From NCBI GenBank assembly GCA_043749095.1, contig JAYVEB010000024.1, positions 1 to 44,485 on the forward strand: a stretch of 44,485 nt of DNA. Direction: 5' to 3'. Position numbers and translations under genes: made by a program. Each line of letters begins with the position of its first letter. Positions within the stretch are counted from its first letter, which is position 1. The DNA comes from Burkholderiales bacterium (lineage in GTDB: Bacteria; Pseudomonadota; Gammaproteobacteria; Burkholderiales; Burkholderiaceae_C). Below the pieces are notes generated by a model. The model was not told where the DNA came from. It made no database searches and saw only the letters and a program-made list of their open reading frames with translations. Shown in pieces: positions 17,414 to 26,580 of this stretch.

Positions 17414-18831
17414 GCCTGCAGCGCCGGTTGTTGCTCTACCTGTTGATCTGCGCGCCGCTGGTCTGGGGTGTGGCCCTGTACGAGTCGATCAAGCAGGCGC
17501 GCTACGAAGTCAACGAGATGTACGACGCGGAGTTGATCCGTCTCGCCCGGCAGGTGCAAGCCACGCTACGCTCCGACGCCTACCTGCCCAGTCTGTCGCA
17601 GCCGCTGCCGTCCAAGGGCAGTGCCGTGTCGACCACGGCAGACGTAGGCGACCTGGCGCTGGCGGTCTGGGACGCGAACGGTTCACTGGTGCTGTCAGAC
17701 AACGAGGGGGTGCAGCTGACGCGCTATCCGGAGGCGGTCGGCTTTCGCAACGAGAGCCTGCGCGGCAAGCCTTGGCGCATCTATTACCTGCAATCGGCGA
17801 CCGGGGCCTGGCTGGTGGCTGCGGGGCAACGGATCAAGGAGCGCGACGAACTGGTCTACAGCGTGACGGCCAGCCAGATCACCCCGTGGATCCTGGTGCT
17901 GCCGGCGTTGCTGATCGCGATGGCCTTGGCGGTGCGTCGCGCGCTGGCGCCGCTGCGCGGTCTGACCACCGAGCTGCAGGCGCGCGATGCCACGGACCTG
18001 GGCCTCATCCCCAACAGCCACGCGCCCACGGAATTGAAGCCCCTGGTGCGCGCGATGAACGGCCTGTTCCAACGCATCGATGAGACGCTGGCGCGCGAGC
18101 GGCGCTTCACCGCCGACGCGGCCCATGAGTTGCGCACACCGTTGGCGGTGTTGCGCGCGCAGTGGGACGTGGTGCGCCGCTCGGCGGGTGGCGCCGAGCG
18201 CGCGCAGGCCGAGGCCAAGCTGACTAAGGGCATGGACCGGCTGGATCGCCTGGTCACGCAGATGCTGGCGCTGTCGCACCTGGAGTCGGCGGTGGAGCCC
18301 AGCGGCCACCTGTCGATGACGACGCCGGTGCAGTGGCCCCAGGTGGTGGAGCAGGCGATCAGCGATTGCCTGCCGGTGGCCGAGCGGCGACACACCGAGC
18401 TGGCTTGCGAATGGCCGCATGAGGGCGTGACCCCGCTGCCGTTGAACGGCGACGCCAACCTGCTGAACGTGCTGCTGCGCAACCTGCTCGACAACGCGGT
18501 GCGCTACGCACCGGCGGGCTCGCTGGTGACCTTGCGCGTGCTGCCTGACCGATTGGAAGTCGACAACGACGGCGAGCCGCTGCCCGCGTCGCAGATCGCG
18601 CGGATGGGCGAGCGCTTCTATCGCCCCGAGGGACAGCAGGAGTTCGGCAGCGGCCTTGGCGTGTCGATCGTGCAGCGCATTGCCGCGTTGCACGGACTGA
18701 AAGTGGTTATTGGCGCACGCACCGATGGCTCGGGCGTGCAGGTGACGCTGCGGCCGACCAGCCAGCCCGCGCCCACACCAGCGTTGATGGCGCAGGGCGG
18801 CGCTGCGCTGGCCGTGGTCAGCGGGCCTTGA
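17410..18831 (+). CDS. Sensor histidine kinase (QseC/PmrB-like)
   Basis: ATGA overlap with the regulator gene. Two TM segments. H-box FTADAAHELRTPLAVL, N-box LLRNLLDNAVRYAP, G1 VDNDGEPLP and G2 GSGLGVSIVQRIA. Confidence 0.92.
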   Translation: MSLQRRLLLYLLICAPLVWGVALYESIKQARYEVNEMYDAELIRLARQVQATLRSDAYLPSLSQPLPSKGSAVSTTADVGDLALAVWDANGSLVLSDNEGVQLTRYPEAVGFRNESLRGKPWRIYYLQSATGAWLVAAGQRIKERDELVYSVTASQITPWILVLPALLIAMALAVRRALAPLRGLTTELQARDATDLGLIPNSHAPTELKPLVRAMNGLFQRIDETLARERRFTADAAHELRTPLAVLRAQWDVVRRSAGGAERAQAEAKLTKGMDRLDRLVTQMLALSHLESAVEPSGHLSMTTPVQWPQVVEQAISDCLPVAERRHTELACEWPHEGVTPLPLNGDANLLNVLLRNLLDNAVRYAPAGSLVTLRVLPDRLEVDNDGEPLPASQIARMGERFYRPEGQQEFGSGLGVSIVQRIAALHGLKVVIGARTDGSGVQVTLRPTSQPAPTPALMAQGGAALAVVSGP

Positions 18832-19531
18832 TCTTCGCGATCAGCGCGCGGACCTCGTCGCGTCGCCCCGCATTTGAAATCTGCCGGCCGGGGCGTGGCG
18901 CGGCTTGCAGCGCACGCTCCAGGTAGGCCATCGCTTCATCCGGATGGTTAGTCTCCGACAGCAGTTCACCGTAGAAGAAGTTCGGGTCGATGCCCTTGGG
19001 GTTCAGTGCGAGGCCTTTTTGAAGCAGTTCGCGGGCCTTGTCCTTGTCGCCGAAGCCGAGTGGCCAGCCAGGCACCTTGTAGTAGAGCACTGCCAGTCGG
19101 GTGTACGCCGAGCCGTCCGATGCATTGCCGTCGATCCGTATCGCCGCTTCGTACATCGCCTTGGCTTTCTTGGCCAGGCCGAGCGCACCCAGGCCGCCCT
19201 TCTCGCCGGCCCAGGATGCCGTGATGATGCCTTCCCAGATCAGCGCTTCGCTGCGGCCGGCGTAGGTTTCGCTGACCTGGTGTGCCTTGGTGGCCAGTGC
19301 CTCGTAACGCTTCTCTCGCTCCGCGTTGGCCGTCTGGTACTTGATCACTTCCCATTCGTGCTGCAACTCGGCCACCGCGTCCTCGACGCTGGCCGCCTGA
19401 GCAGCCAACGGGCTCACCGCCCCCACCAACGCCAAGCCGGCCGTGCAGAGTGCGATCAGCCACCGCCGCCGTGAGGGACCCTCGCAAGGGCCATCAGGCA
19501 CGTGGTCGTGCGCGCGCATGGCAGTGAACAT
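18818..19531 (-). CDS. Exported TPR-like helical repeat protein, paralog 1
   Basis: 237 aa. N-terminal SRRRWLIALCTAGLALVGAVSPLAAQA is signal-like and possibly Tat-type. The helical repeat body ends in PGRQISNAGRRDEVRALIAKIKAR. It is about 60 percent identical, by hand alignment over about 180 aa, to the product of 19665..20369. The start could also be the Met at 19519. Confidence 0.75.
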   Translation of the reverse strand: MFTAMRAHDHVPDGPCEGPSRRRWLIALCTAGLALVGAVSPLAAQAASVEDAVAELQHEWEVIKYQTANAEREKRYEALATKAHQVSETYAGRSEALIWEGIITASWAGEKGGLGALGLAKKAKAMYEAAIRIDGNASDGSAYTRLAVLYYKVPGWPLGFGDKDKARELLQKGLALNPKGIDPNFFYGELLSETNHPDEAMAYLERALQAAPRPGRQISNAGRRDEVRALIAKIKAR

Positions 19532-19664
19532 GAAGACTCCCGAGGCGGACCTGAACAGCGATCCGATAGGGCATCGTCTGCCACCGCGATGAAGTCGAAA
19601 TTAAGTGAAGCGTCTTGAGATAGTTACCGTTACTTGCGCCGGCCCGCACCGGAGGCCCAGGTGC

Positions 19665-20369
19665 TCAACGCGCCTTGATCTTGTCGAGCAGCGCGCGCGC
19701 CTCGTCTCGCCGACCGGCATCGCCGATCTCACGGCCTGGTCGGGCAGGGGCCTGAAGCACGCGTTCAAGGTAGGTAACCGCTTCCTGCGGACGCCGGGTT
19801 TCGACCAGCAGCTCGCCGTAGTAGTAGTTGGGGTCGACGCCTTGCGGATTGATCGCCAGTGCCCGTTGCAGCAGCTCCCGCGCCTTGTCTTCGTCGCCGA
19901 AACTCAGTGGCCAGCCGGGCAGCTTGTAGTGCAGTGCCGCGAGGCCCGTGTAGGCGCCGCCGCCCAAGGCGCTGGCATCGATCTTCAGCGCGGCTTCGTA
20001 CAGCGCTTTGGCCCGCCTGGCCAGATCCAGCGAGCCCAGATCGTCCTTGGCCTCAGCCCAGGAACTGACGATCACCGCTTCCCAGATCAGCACCGGGCTG
20101 CAGCTGGGGAATTGCTCAGCGGCGCGGTGCGCCTTCGCGGCCAGCGCTTCGAATCGGCTGATCCGATCTGTGGCCGGTGTCCGGTACTTGATGAGCTCCC
20201 AGTCACGCTGCAATTCGAGCCCTGCCTCCTCGGCGCCGGCGCGGGCGGCGCGCGGCCAGCCACACCCGATCGCCAGCAGCGCGGCACCGCCCGACAGCGC
20301 CAGCCATTGCCGCCTAGGCGCGGCAGGGGCAAGCTGCATTGGTATCGTCCTGGGTTCGCTGCTGTCCAT
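19665..20369 (-). CDS. Exported TPR-like helical repeat protein, paralog 2
   Basis: 234 aa. APRRQWLALSGGAALLAIGCGWPRAARA is signal-like. The protein is collinear with paralog 1 (LIWE..I..SWA, AKA.YEAA..ID, YK.PGWPL.FGD.DKARELLQ, NP.G.DPN..YGELL, YLER.LQA..RPGR.I..AGRRDE.RAL..KIKAR). An alternative start is at 20339. Confidence 0.75.
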   Translation of the reverse strand: MDSSEPRTIPMQLAPAAPRRQWLALSGGAALLAIGCGWPRAARAGAEEAGLELQRDWELIKYRTPATDRISRFEALAAKAHRAAEQFPSCSPVLIWEAVIVSSWAEAKDDLGSLDLARRAKALYEAALKIDASALGGGAYTGLAALHYKLPGWPLSFGDEDKARELLQRALAINPQGVDPNYYYGELLVETRRPQEAVTYLERVLQAPARPGREIGDAGRRDEARALLDKIKAR

Positions 20370-20390
20370 CTGCCTGTTTTCTCGATGTCC

Positions 20391-21266
20391 TTACCGAAGC
20401 CTGCTTTTGCCGATCGGCGCCAGTCGCATCGCCTGCGGCGCGTGAGCGTGGTTCAGCGGGCCGTGCCCGGCGCCGGTGTGTACCGCTGCGCCACTGGCGA
20501 TCGCTGCCAGCACGTAGCGCCGCGCTTCGGCCACCGCCTCTGGCAGGCCCAGCCCCAGTGCCAGGTACGCAGCGATCGCCGACGACAGCGTGCAACCGGT
20601 GCCGTGGATGTTGCGGCTGGCAATGCGTGGCGAGGCCCAGCGTTGCGTGAGGCCACTGCACGTCGCCAGCACATCGACCACCTCGTCAGCGACCAGATGC
20701 CCGCCCTTGAGCAGCACCGCCGAGGCGCCGAGCGACAGCAAATCGCGCGTCGCAGCGTCGAACTGGTTCGCTTCGGTAATCTTGCGGCCCAGCAGCAGCG
20801 ACGCTTCGTCCAAATTCGGCGTGACCAGCGTCGCACGGTGAAACAGCTCTCTCACCAGCACCTGCACTGTCTCCTGCGCCATCAGCCGGTCGCCGCTGGT
20901 GGCCACCATCACCGGGTCGAGCACCACGTGGGGGATGCGGTAGTCGTCCAGTGCCTGCGCCACCACGGCGACCGCATCTGGCGAGTGCAGCATGCCGATC
21001 TTGATCGCGTCCGCGCCGATGTCGTCCAGCACGGCTCGGATCTGCGCGCGCAGCACCGCGGCCGGCACGCCGTGGATCGCGCTGACGCCCAGCGTGTTCT
21101 GCGCGGTGATCGCGGTGATCGCGGTCATGCCGTAGCAGCCGAGCGCGCTGAAGGTTTTCAGATCGGCCTGGATGCCGGCGCCGCCGCCACTGTCGGAGCC
21201 GGCGATCGACAGCACGCGGGCATAGCGAATGCCCGGGGGCAGGGTGGCGGTGTGGTCAGCGGTCAT
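20391..21266 (-). CDS. thiD: Hydroxymethylpyrimidine/phosphomethylpyrimidine kinase ThiD
   Basis: MTADHT...VLSIAGSDSGGGAGIQADLKTFSALGCYGMTAITAITAQNTLGV....V......Q..AVLDDIGADAIKIGML...GGHL...VVDVL...HGTGCTLSSAIAAYLA are classic ThiD motifs. The upstream 58 codons of ORF 20391..21440 are discounted. Confidence 0.92.
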   Translation of the reverse strand: MTADHTATLPPGIRYARVLSIAGSDSGGGAGIQADLKTFSALGCYGMTAITAITAQNTLGVSAIHGVPAAVLRAQIRAVLDDIGADAIKIGMLHSPDAVAVVAQALDDYRIPHVVLDPVMVATSGDRLMAQETVQVLVRELFHRATLVTPNLDEASLLLGRKITEANQFDAATRDLLSLGASAVLLKGGHLVADEVVDVLATCSGLTQRWASPRIASRNIHGTGCTLSSAIAAYLALGLGLPEAVAEARRYVLAAIASGAAVHTGAGHGPLNHAHAPQAMRLAPIGKSRLR

Positions 21267-21360
21267 GTCGAAAATTATGCTGCGGGGGGACGGACATGAG
21301 AGCCGCACCGGGCCGCTCCCAAGCCAGCTCGCACCGCAGTGCGGAGCACGGAGGTTGCCA

Positions 21361-22452
21361 ATGAACCGCCGCACTGAGCGCACGGTGGTGCTGGGTGCCG
21401 GCCTGATGGGGCGATTGCTCGCGTGCGAGCTGGCAGGCACCGGTCACACGGTCGATCTGTACGACGCGAGCGCGCACGGCGTGCCCGCGTCTGCCGCCCA
21501 TGTCGCCGCGGCGATGCTGGCACCTTTGGCCGAATCGGCAGTGACCGAACTCGGCGTCGTGCGCATGGGCTGCCACGCGCTGGCGCGCTGGCCGGAACTG
21601 ATCGCGACGCTGGGCGCACCGGTGTTCTTTCAGCAGCAAGGCACGCTGGTGTTGTGGCACCGCCAGGATGCCGCCGAGGCCACGCGCTTCCAGCAGCAGT
21701 TGGCGGCCACCGCACGTGCGATGCCGCAACTGCCCGCGGCCGAAGCCCTTGATGCCCGCGCGGTGGCGCGGCTGGAGCCGGCCATCGGTGAGCGCTTCGC
21801 GCAGGGCCTGTACCTGCCCGGTGAAGGCCAGCTCGACAACCGCGAGCTGCTGGCGGCGCTGCTGCATCGCCTGCAGACCCTCGATGTCGCGCTGCATTGG
21901 AACAGCCCGCGCTCGCCCGCCGACTTCGACGACCACGCCGGCTGGCTGTTCGACTGCCGCGGCCTCGGCGCGCGCAGCGACTGGTCGACGCTGCGTGGGG
22001 TGCGTGGCGAGGTGATCCGTGTGCACGCGCCCGAGGTCACGCTGGCGCGGCCGACGCGGCTGCTGCACCCACGCTACCCGCTGTACATCGCGCCGAAGCC
22101 GGGCGGCGTGTTCGTCATCGGTGCGACCGAGATCGAGTCCGACGATGTGTCGCCGGCCAGCGTGCGCTCGACGCTCGAACTGCTGAGCGCGGCCTACACC
22201 GTGCACCCCGGCTTCGCCGAGGCGCGGGTGATCGAGATGGCAGCGCAGTGCCGCCCGACGCTGCGCGACAACCTGCCCGCGCTGCGCTGGCTGGGCCCGC
22301 GCCGTCTGCAGATCAACGGCCTGTACCGGCACGGTTTCCTGATCGCGCCGGCGATGCTCGATGCAGTGATGCAGTGCATGGGCAGCGGCCACAGCGCGCT
22401 GGCCGAGCAGTTTGCGCTGCGCGTTGAATCGGTGGCGGGTGCTGTTCAGTGA
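21361..22452 (+). CDS. thiO: FAD-dependent glycine oxidase ThiO
   Basis: The ATG at 21361 is preceded by GGAGG. N-terminal VVLGAGLMGRLLACELAGTGHTVDLYD is an FAD-binding fold. It sits directly upstream of thiS-thiG-thiE and overlaps thiS (GTGA). Identity rests on family plus conserved operon context. Confidence 0.8.
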   Translation: MNRRTERTVVLGAGLMGRLLACELAGTGHTVDLYDASAHGVPASAAHVAAAMLAPLAESAVTELGVVRMGCHALARWPELIATLGAPVFFQQQGTLVLWHRQDAAEATRFQQQLAATARAMPQLPAAEALDARAVARLEPAIGERFAQGLYLPGEGQLDNRELLAALLHRLQTLDVALHWNSPRSPADFDDHAGWLFDCRGLGARSDWSTLRGVRGEVIRVHAPEVTLARPTRLLHPRYPLYIAPKPGGVFVIGATEIESDDVSPASVRSTLELLSAAYTVHPGFAEARVIEMAAQCRPTLRDNLPALRWLGPRRLQINGLYRHGFLIAPAMLDAVMQCMGSGHSALAEQFALRVESVAGAVQ

Positions 22453-22646
22453 AAGTCCACATCAACAACCAGGCGCATCAGCTGCCGGCCGGTGCCACAC
22501 TGGCTGATGCGATCGCCGTCTTGCAACCCACGCCGCCGTTCGCCGCTGCTGTCAACATGAACTTCGTGCCGAACACCCGCTACCGCGACACGCCGTTGCG
22601 CGATGGCGACCGCATTGATTTGATTGCGCCGGTCACCGGCGGCTGA
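22449..22646 (+). CDS. thiS: Sulfur carrier protein ThiS
   Basis: 65 aa, MKVHINNQAH.LP.GATLADAI....P..FAAAVN.NFVP......TPL.DGDRIDLI.PVTGG. It ends in the obligatory Gly-Gly. Confidence 0.9.
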   Translation: MKVHINNQAHQLPAGATLADAIAVLQPTPPFAAAVNMNFVPNTRYRDTPLRDGDRIDLIAPVTGG

Positions 22647-22662
22647 GGCCAGGCCCTTTCCA

Positions 22663-23493
22663 ATGAACACGATGTCCGATATCCCGACACCCGCCACCCA
22701 CGCGACGGCCGACGCGCTGGTGCTGTACGGCCAGCCATTCGCCAGCCGGCTGATGCTTGGCACCTCCCGCTACCCATCACCGCAGGTGCTGGAAGACGCG
22801 GTGCGGCGCGCGCGGCCGGCGATGCTGACCGCGTCGCTGCGCCGCCAGGGCGCGTCGAACGCCGATGCGGGCAATGCCTTCTGGCAGCTGCTGCAAACCC
22901 TGGGCGTGCCGGTGCTGCCGAACACCGCCGGCTGCCATGGCATCCAGGAAGTCATCACCACCGCACAGATGGCGCGCGAGGTGTTCGGCACACCGTGGCT
23001 GAAGCTCGAACTGATCGGCGATGACTACACGCTGCAGCCCGACACGCTGAAGCTGGTCGAGGCTGCCGAGTGGCTGATCAAGGACGGTTTTCAGGTGCTG
23101 CCGTACTGCACCGAAGACCTGGTGGTGTGCCAGCGGCTGGTCGATGTCGGCTGCCGGGCGGTGATGCCGTGGGCTGCGCCGATCGGCACTGGTCGCGGCC
23201 CGGTCAATCCGTATGCGATGCAGGTGCTGCGTGAACGCCTCGGCGTGCCGATGATCGTCGACGCTGGTCTGGGCCGGCCCTCGCATGCCTGCCAGGTGAT
23301 GGAGTGGGGCTACGACGGCGTGCTGCTGAACACCGCGGTGGCGCTGGCGCAGGATCCCGTGGGCATGGCTGGCGCGTTCGCCGATGCGGTACAGGCCGGC
23401 CGCAGCGCGTATCGCTCCGGTGCGATGGGTGAGCAGCAGGCGGCGCAGCCCAGCACGCCGGTCCTGGGCACGCCGTTCTGGCACCACGAATGA
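22663..23493 (+). CDS. thiG: Thiazole synthase ThiG
   Basis: FASRLMLGTSRYPS...LTASLRR...LLPNTAGC....EVITTAQMAREVFGT.WLKLELIGDDYTLQPD...LVEAAE.L.KDGF.VLPYCTEDLV.C.RL.D.GC.AVMPWAAPIGTG.G..NP......R.....P.IVDAGLG.PSHA...ME.G.DGVLLNTA.A are near-invariant ThiG blocks. Confidence 0.95.
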   Translation: MNTMSDIPTPATHATADALVLYGQPFASRLMLGTSRYPSPQVLEDAVRRARPAMLTASLRRQGASNADAGNAFWQLLQTLGVPVLPNTAGCHGIQEVITTAQMAREVFGTPWLKLELIGDDYTLQPDTLKLVEAAEWLIKDGFQVLPYCTEDLVVCQRLVDVGCRAVMPWAAPIGTGRGPVNPYAMQVLRERLGVPMIVDAGLGRPSHACQVMEWGYDGVLLNTAVALAQDPVGMAGAFADAVQAGRSAYRSGAMGEQQAAQPSTPVLGTPFWHHE

Positions 23494-24407
23494 GTGCGTC
23501 TGTCGATGCGATGGCGCAGGCCATCGTCGAGGCGCACCGTGCCCGCTTAGGCTTGCCGGTGTCCGACGAATCGCCCACGCAGTATCACCATGCCGAACAC
23601 GCGTACCGCGCCGCCAAGCAGGCAGCAAGGGCCCTCGGCTTCATCGAGGCCGATGCCGAATGCGTTGCGCTGGCGTGGCGCGCCCGCACCCAGCGCACCG
23701 GCGAGTTCGATGCCGGCACCTGGCCCGACGAGCCGGCCGACTTCGGCCTCGCGCCACACCCGCGACGCGACGCGTTCGCCGCCTGCCCGAAGGCGCTCGG
23801 CCTTTACGCGGTGCTGCCCGATGCCGCCTGGGTCGGCCGCATGGCACAAGCGGGCGTGCCCACGGTGCAGCTGCGTTTCAAGGCCGACGATGCGGCGGCC
23901 GTGCAGCGCGAGGTCGACATCGCGGTCGATGCGGTGCGCGGCACCGGCGCGCTGCTGTTCGTCAACGACCACTGGGAGGCCGCGATCCGCGCTGGTGCCT
24001 ATGGCGTGCACCTCGGCCAGGAAGACATAGCCGCCGCCGACCTGAGCGCGATCCGCGGCGAAGGTCTGCGCTTGGGCCTGAGCAGCCACGGCTATGCCGA
24101 GATGCTGCGTGTCGACCGGCTGAACCCGAGCTACATCGCGATGGGCGCGGTGTATCCAACCAACCTGAAGGTGATGCCCACCGTGCCGCAGGGCCCTGGC
24201 CGCCTGGCCGCCTATGCGCACCTGATGCGCGATCACGCGCTGGTCGCGATCGGCGGCATCGACGAGTCGAGACTGCCCGAGGTGCTGGTCAGCGGCGTGG
24301 GCTCGGTGGCGGTGGTGCGGGCGCTGGTAGCGGCTGCACAGCCCGAAGCGGTCGCGGCAAAATGGCAGGCTGGCATAGCGGCGGCCCCTGCAGCAAAGGC
24401 CGTCTGA
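23490..24407 (+). CDS. thiE: Thiamine-phosphate synthase ThiE with about 95-aa N-terminal extension
   Basis: ATGA overlap with thiG. The ThiE core runs from about residue 100: LGLYAVLPDAAWVGRM..AGV.TVQLR.K......REV.......GA.LFVND.WE.AI.AGAYGVHLGQED.........GLRLG.S.H...E......PSYIA.G.V..T..K.........G......HALVAIGGI. Confidence 0.88.
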   Translation: MSASVDAMAQAIVEAHRARLGLPVSDESPTQYHHAEHAYRAAKQAARALGFIEADAECVALAWRARTQRTGEFDAGTWPDEPADFGLAPHPRRDAFAACPKALGLYAVLPDAAWVGRMAQAGVPTVQLRFKADDAAAVQREVDIAVDAVRGTGALLFVNDHWEAAIRAGAYGVHLGQEDIAAADLSAIRGEGLRLGLSSHGYAEMLRVDRLNPSYIAMGAVYPTNLKVMPTVPQGPGRLAAYAHLMRDHALVAIGGIDESRLPEVLVSGVGSVAVVRALVAAAQPEAVAAKWQAGIAAAPAAKAV

Positions 24408-24424
24408 CCTTTCCTGGAATCTGC

Positions 24425-25150
24425 ATGAACACCGACACCCGCGCTGAACCCTCAGACCACCCCCTCAAAGTCCTCGCCTTCGACGTTTTCGGCACTGTCG
24501 TCGATTGGCACAGCGGCATTGCCCGCGCGGTCGATGCGCTGGGCCTGTCTGTCGATGGTGACACCTACGCTCGCGAATGGCGAGCGGGCTATCCACCGGC
24601 GCTGGCACGCGTCAACGCGGGCGAACAAGGCTGGACGCGGTTCGACGACTTGCACCTGCAGATGCTCGAAGAACTGCTGGCCCGCCATGGCATCACCCAC
24701 CTGAGTGACGAGCAAAAGCGGGAGCTCAACAGCACCTGGCAGCAGCTGGATCCGTGGCCCGACGCGATCGAAGGCCTGACGCGGCTGAAGGAGTCGTACA
24801 CGATCTGCTCGCTGTCGAACGGCAACCTCGGTCTGCTGTTCAGGATGGCACAGCGCGCCGGGCTGCCGTGGGATGTGATCCTGTCGGCGGAAACCTTCGG
24901 CGTCTACAAACCCGACCCGAAGCTGTACCTCGGGGCGGCCCAGGTCTGCGATGTACAGCCGCAGCAGGTGATGATGGTCGCCGCCCACCAGAGCGACCTG
25001 GATGCCGCGCGCGGCTGCGGTTTGCAGACGGCCTACATCGAGCGCCCGCGCGAATTCGGCCCGAACGCGTCCAACCCCGATCGGCCCGACCCAGCGAACA
25101 CCTGCGTTGCCACCAGCTTGATCGGTCTGGCGACGCAACTCGGCTGCTGA
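24425..25150 (+). CDS. HAD-superfamily hydrolase, type II haloacid dehalogenase-like
   Basis: LKVLAFDVFGTVVDW (motif I with nucleophile Asp). ...TICSLSNGN (motif II Ser). FGVYKPDPKLY (Lys). VAAHQSDLDAA (acidic motif). Only the last 241 codons of ORF 23384..25150 are taken as real. Confidence 0.82.
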   Translation: MNTDTRAEPSDHPLKVLAFDVFGTVVDWHSGIARAVDALGLSVDGDTYAREWRAGYPPALARVNAGEQGWTRFDDLHLQMLEELLARHGITHLSDEQKRELNSTWQQLDPWPDAIEGLTRLKESYTICSLSNGNLGLLFRMAQRAGLPWDVILSAETFGVYKPDPKLYLGAAQVCDVQPQQVMMVAAHQSDLDAARGCGLQTAYIERPREFGPNASNPDRPDPANTCVATSLIGLATQLGC

Positions 25151-25153
25151 TCC

Positions 25154-26287
<1,134 letters not shown>

Positions 26288-26376
26288 TTTCGAAGCGCAG
26301 CCGAGCGACCGATTGCGCACCGAGTTCGGAAACACCGCCTCCAGACGCGCCAGAGCCCGTTATACTCAGAGGCTGT

Positions 26377-26452
26377 TCCTCGATAGCTCAGTCGGTAGAG
26401 CGCCGGACTGTTAATCCGTAGGTCCCTGGTTCGAGCCCAGGTCGGGGAGCCA
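26377..26452 (+). tRNA. tRNA-Asn (anticodon GTT), CCA encoded
   Basis: 76 nt, TCCTCGATAGCTCAGTCGGTAGAGCGCCGGACTGTTAATCCGTAGGTCCCTGGTTCGAGCCCAGGTCGGGGAGCCA. It folds by hand into a cloverleaf: 7-bp acceptor stem with one G-U, D arm GCTC/GAGC, anticodon loop CTGTTAA, and T arm CCTGG-TTCGAGC-CCAGG. It is closely similar to E. coli tRNA-Asn as I recall it. Confidence 0.95.
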
Positions 26453-26464
26453 AGAAACGCAAGG

Positions 26465-26496
26465 CCTCGCACGAAAGTGCGGGGCTTTTTGCTTTT
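26465..26496 (+). terminator. Rho-independent terminator after tRNA-Asn
   Basis: 8-bp stem CCTCGCAC(26465-26472)/GTGCGGGG(26477-26484) with one G-U and a GAAA tetraloop, followed by CTTTTTGCTTTT. Confidence 0.8.
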
Positions 26497-26580
26497 CTCG
26501 GCGTGACGGATCCAGCGCTACTGTAGATTTCCTCCGCCGGCGCCTGAATTCCGCGTCGCGCCGCAGGCGTTCCGTCAGGC

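Noticed and set aside
21267-21360. Possible TPP (THI-box) riboswitch in the divergent thiD/thiO intergenic region.
   Set aside because: The region is only 94 nt. It contains GGGGGGAC and AUGAGA, which vaguely resemble GGGGUGC and CUGAGA. However, the invariant ACCUGAUCUGGAUAAUGCCAGCG-type core and the closing AGGGA are absent on both strands. A covariance-model scan (Rfam RF00059) would settle it.
23384-25150. 588-aa ORF spanning thiG-thiE and the HAD gene.
   Set aside because: The first ~347 codons are Arg/Pro/Gly-rich out-of-frame readthrough over thiG and thiE. Only the part from the ATG at 24425 has HAD motifs and coding-like composition.
26338-26366. Promoter for tRNA-Asn (TATACT at 26361-26366).
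   Set aside because: The -10-like hexamer is plausible, but no acceptable -35 lies at 16-18 nt spacing. The evidence is too weak to report as a feature.
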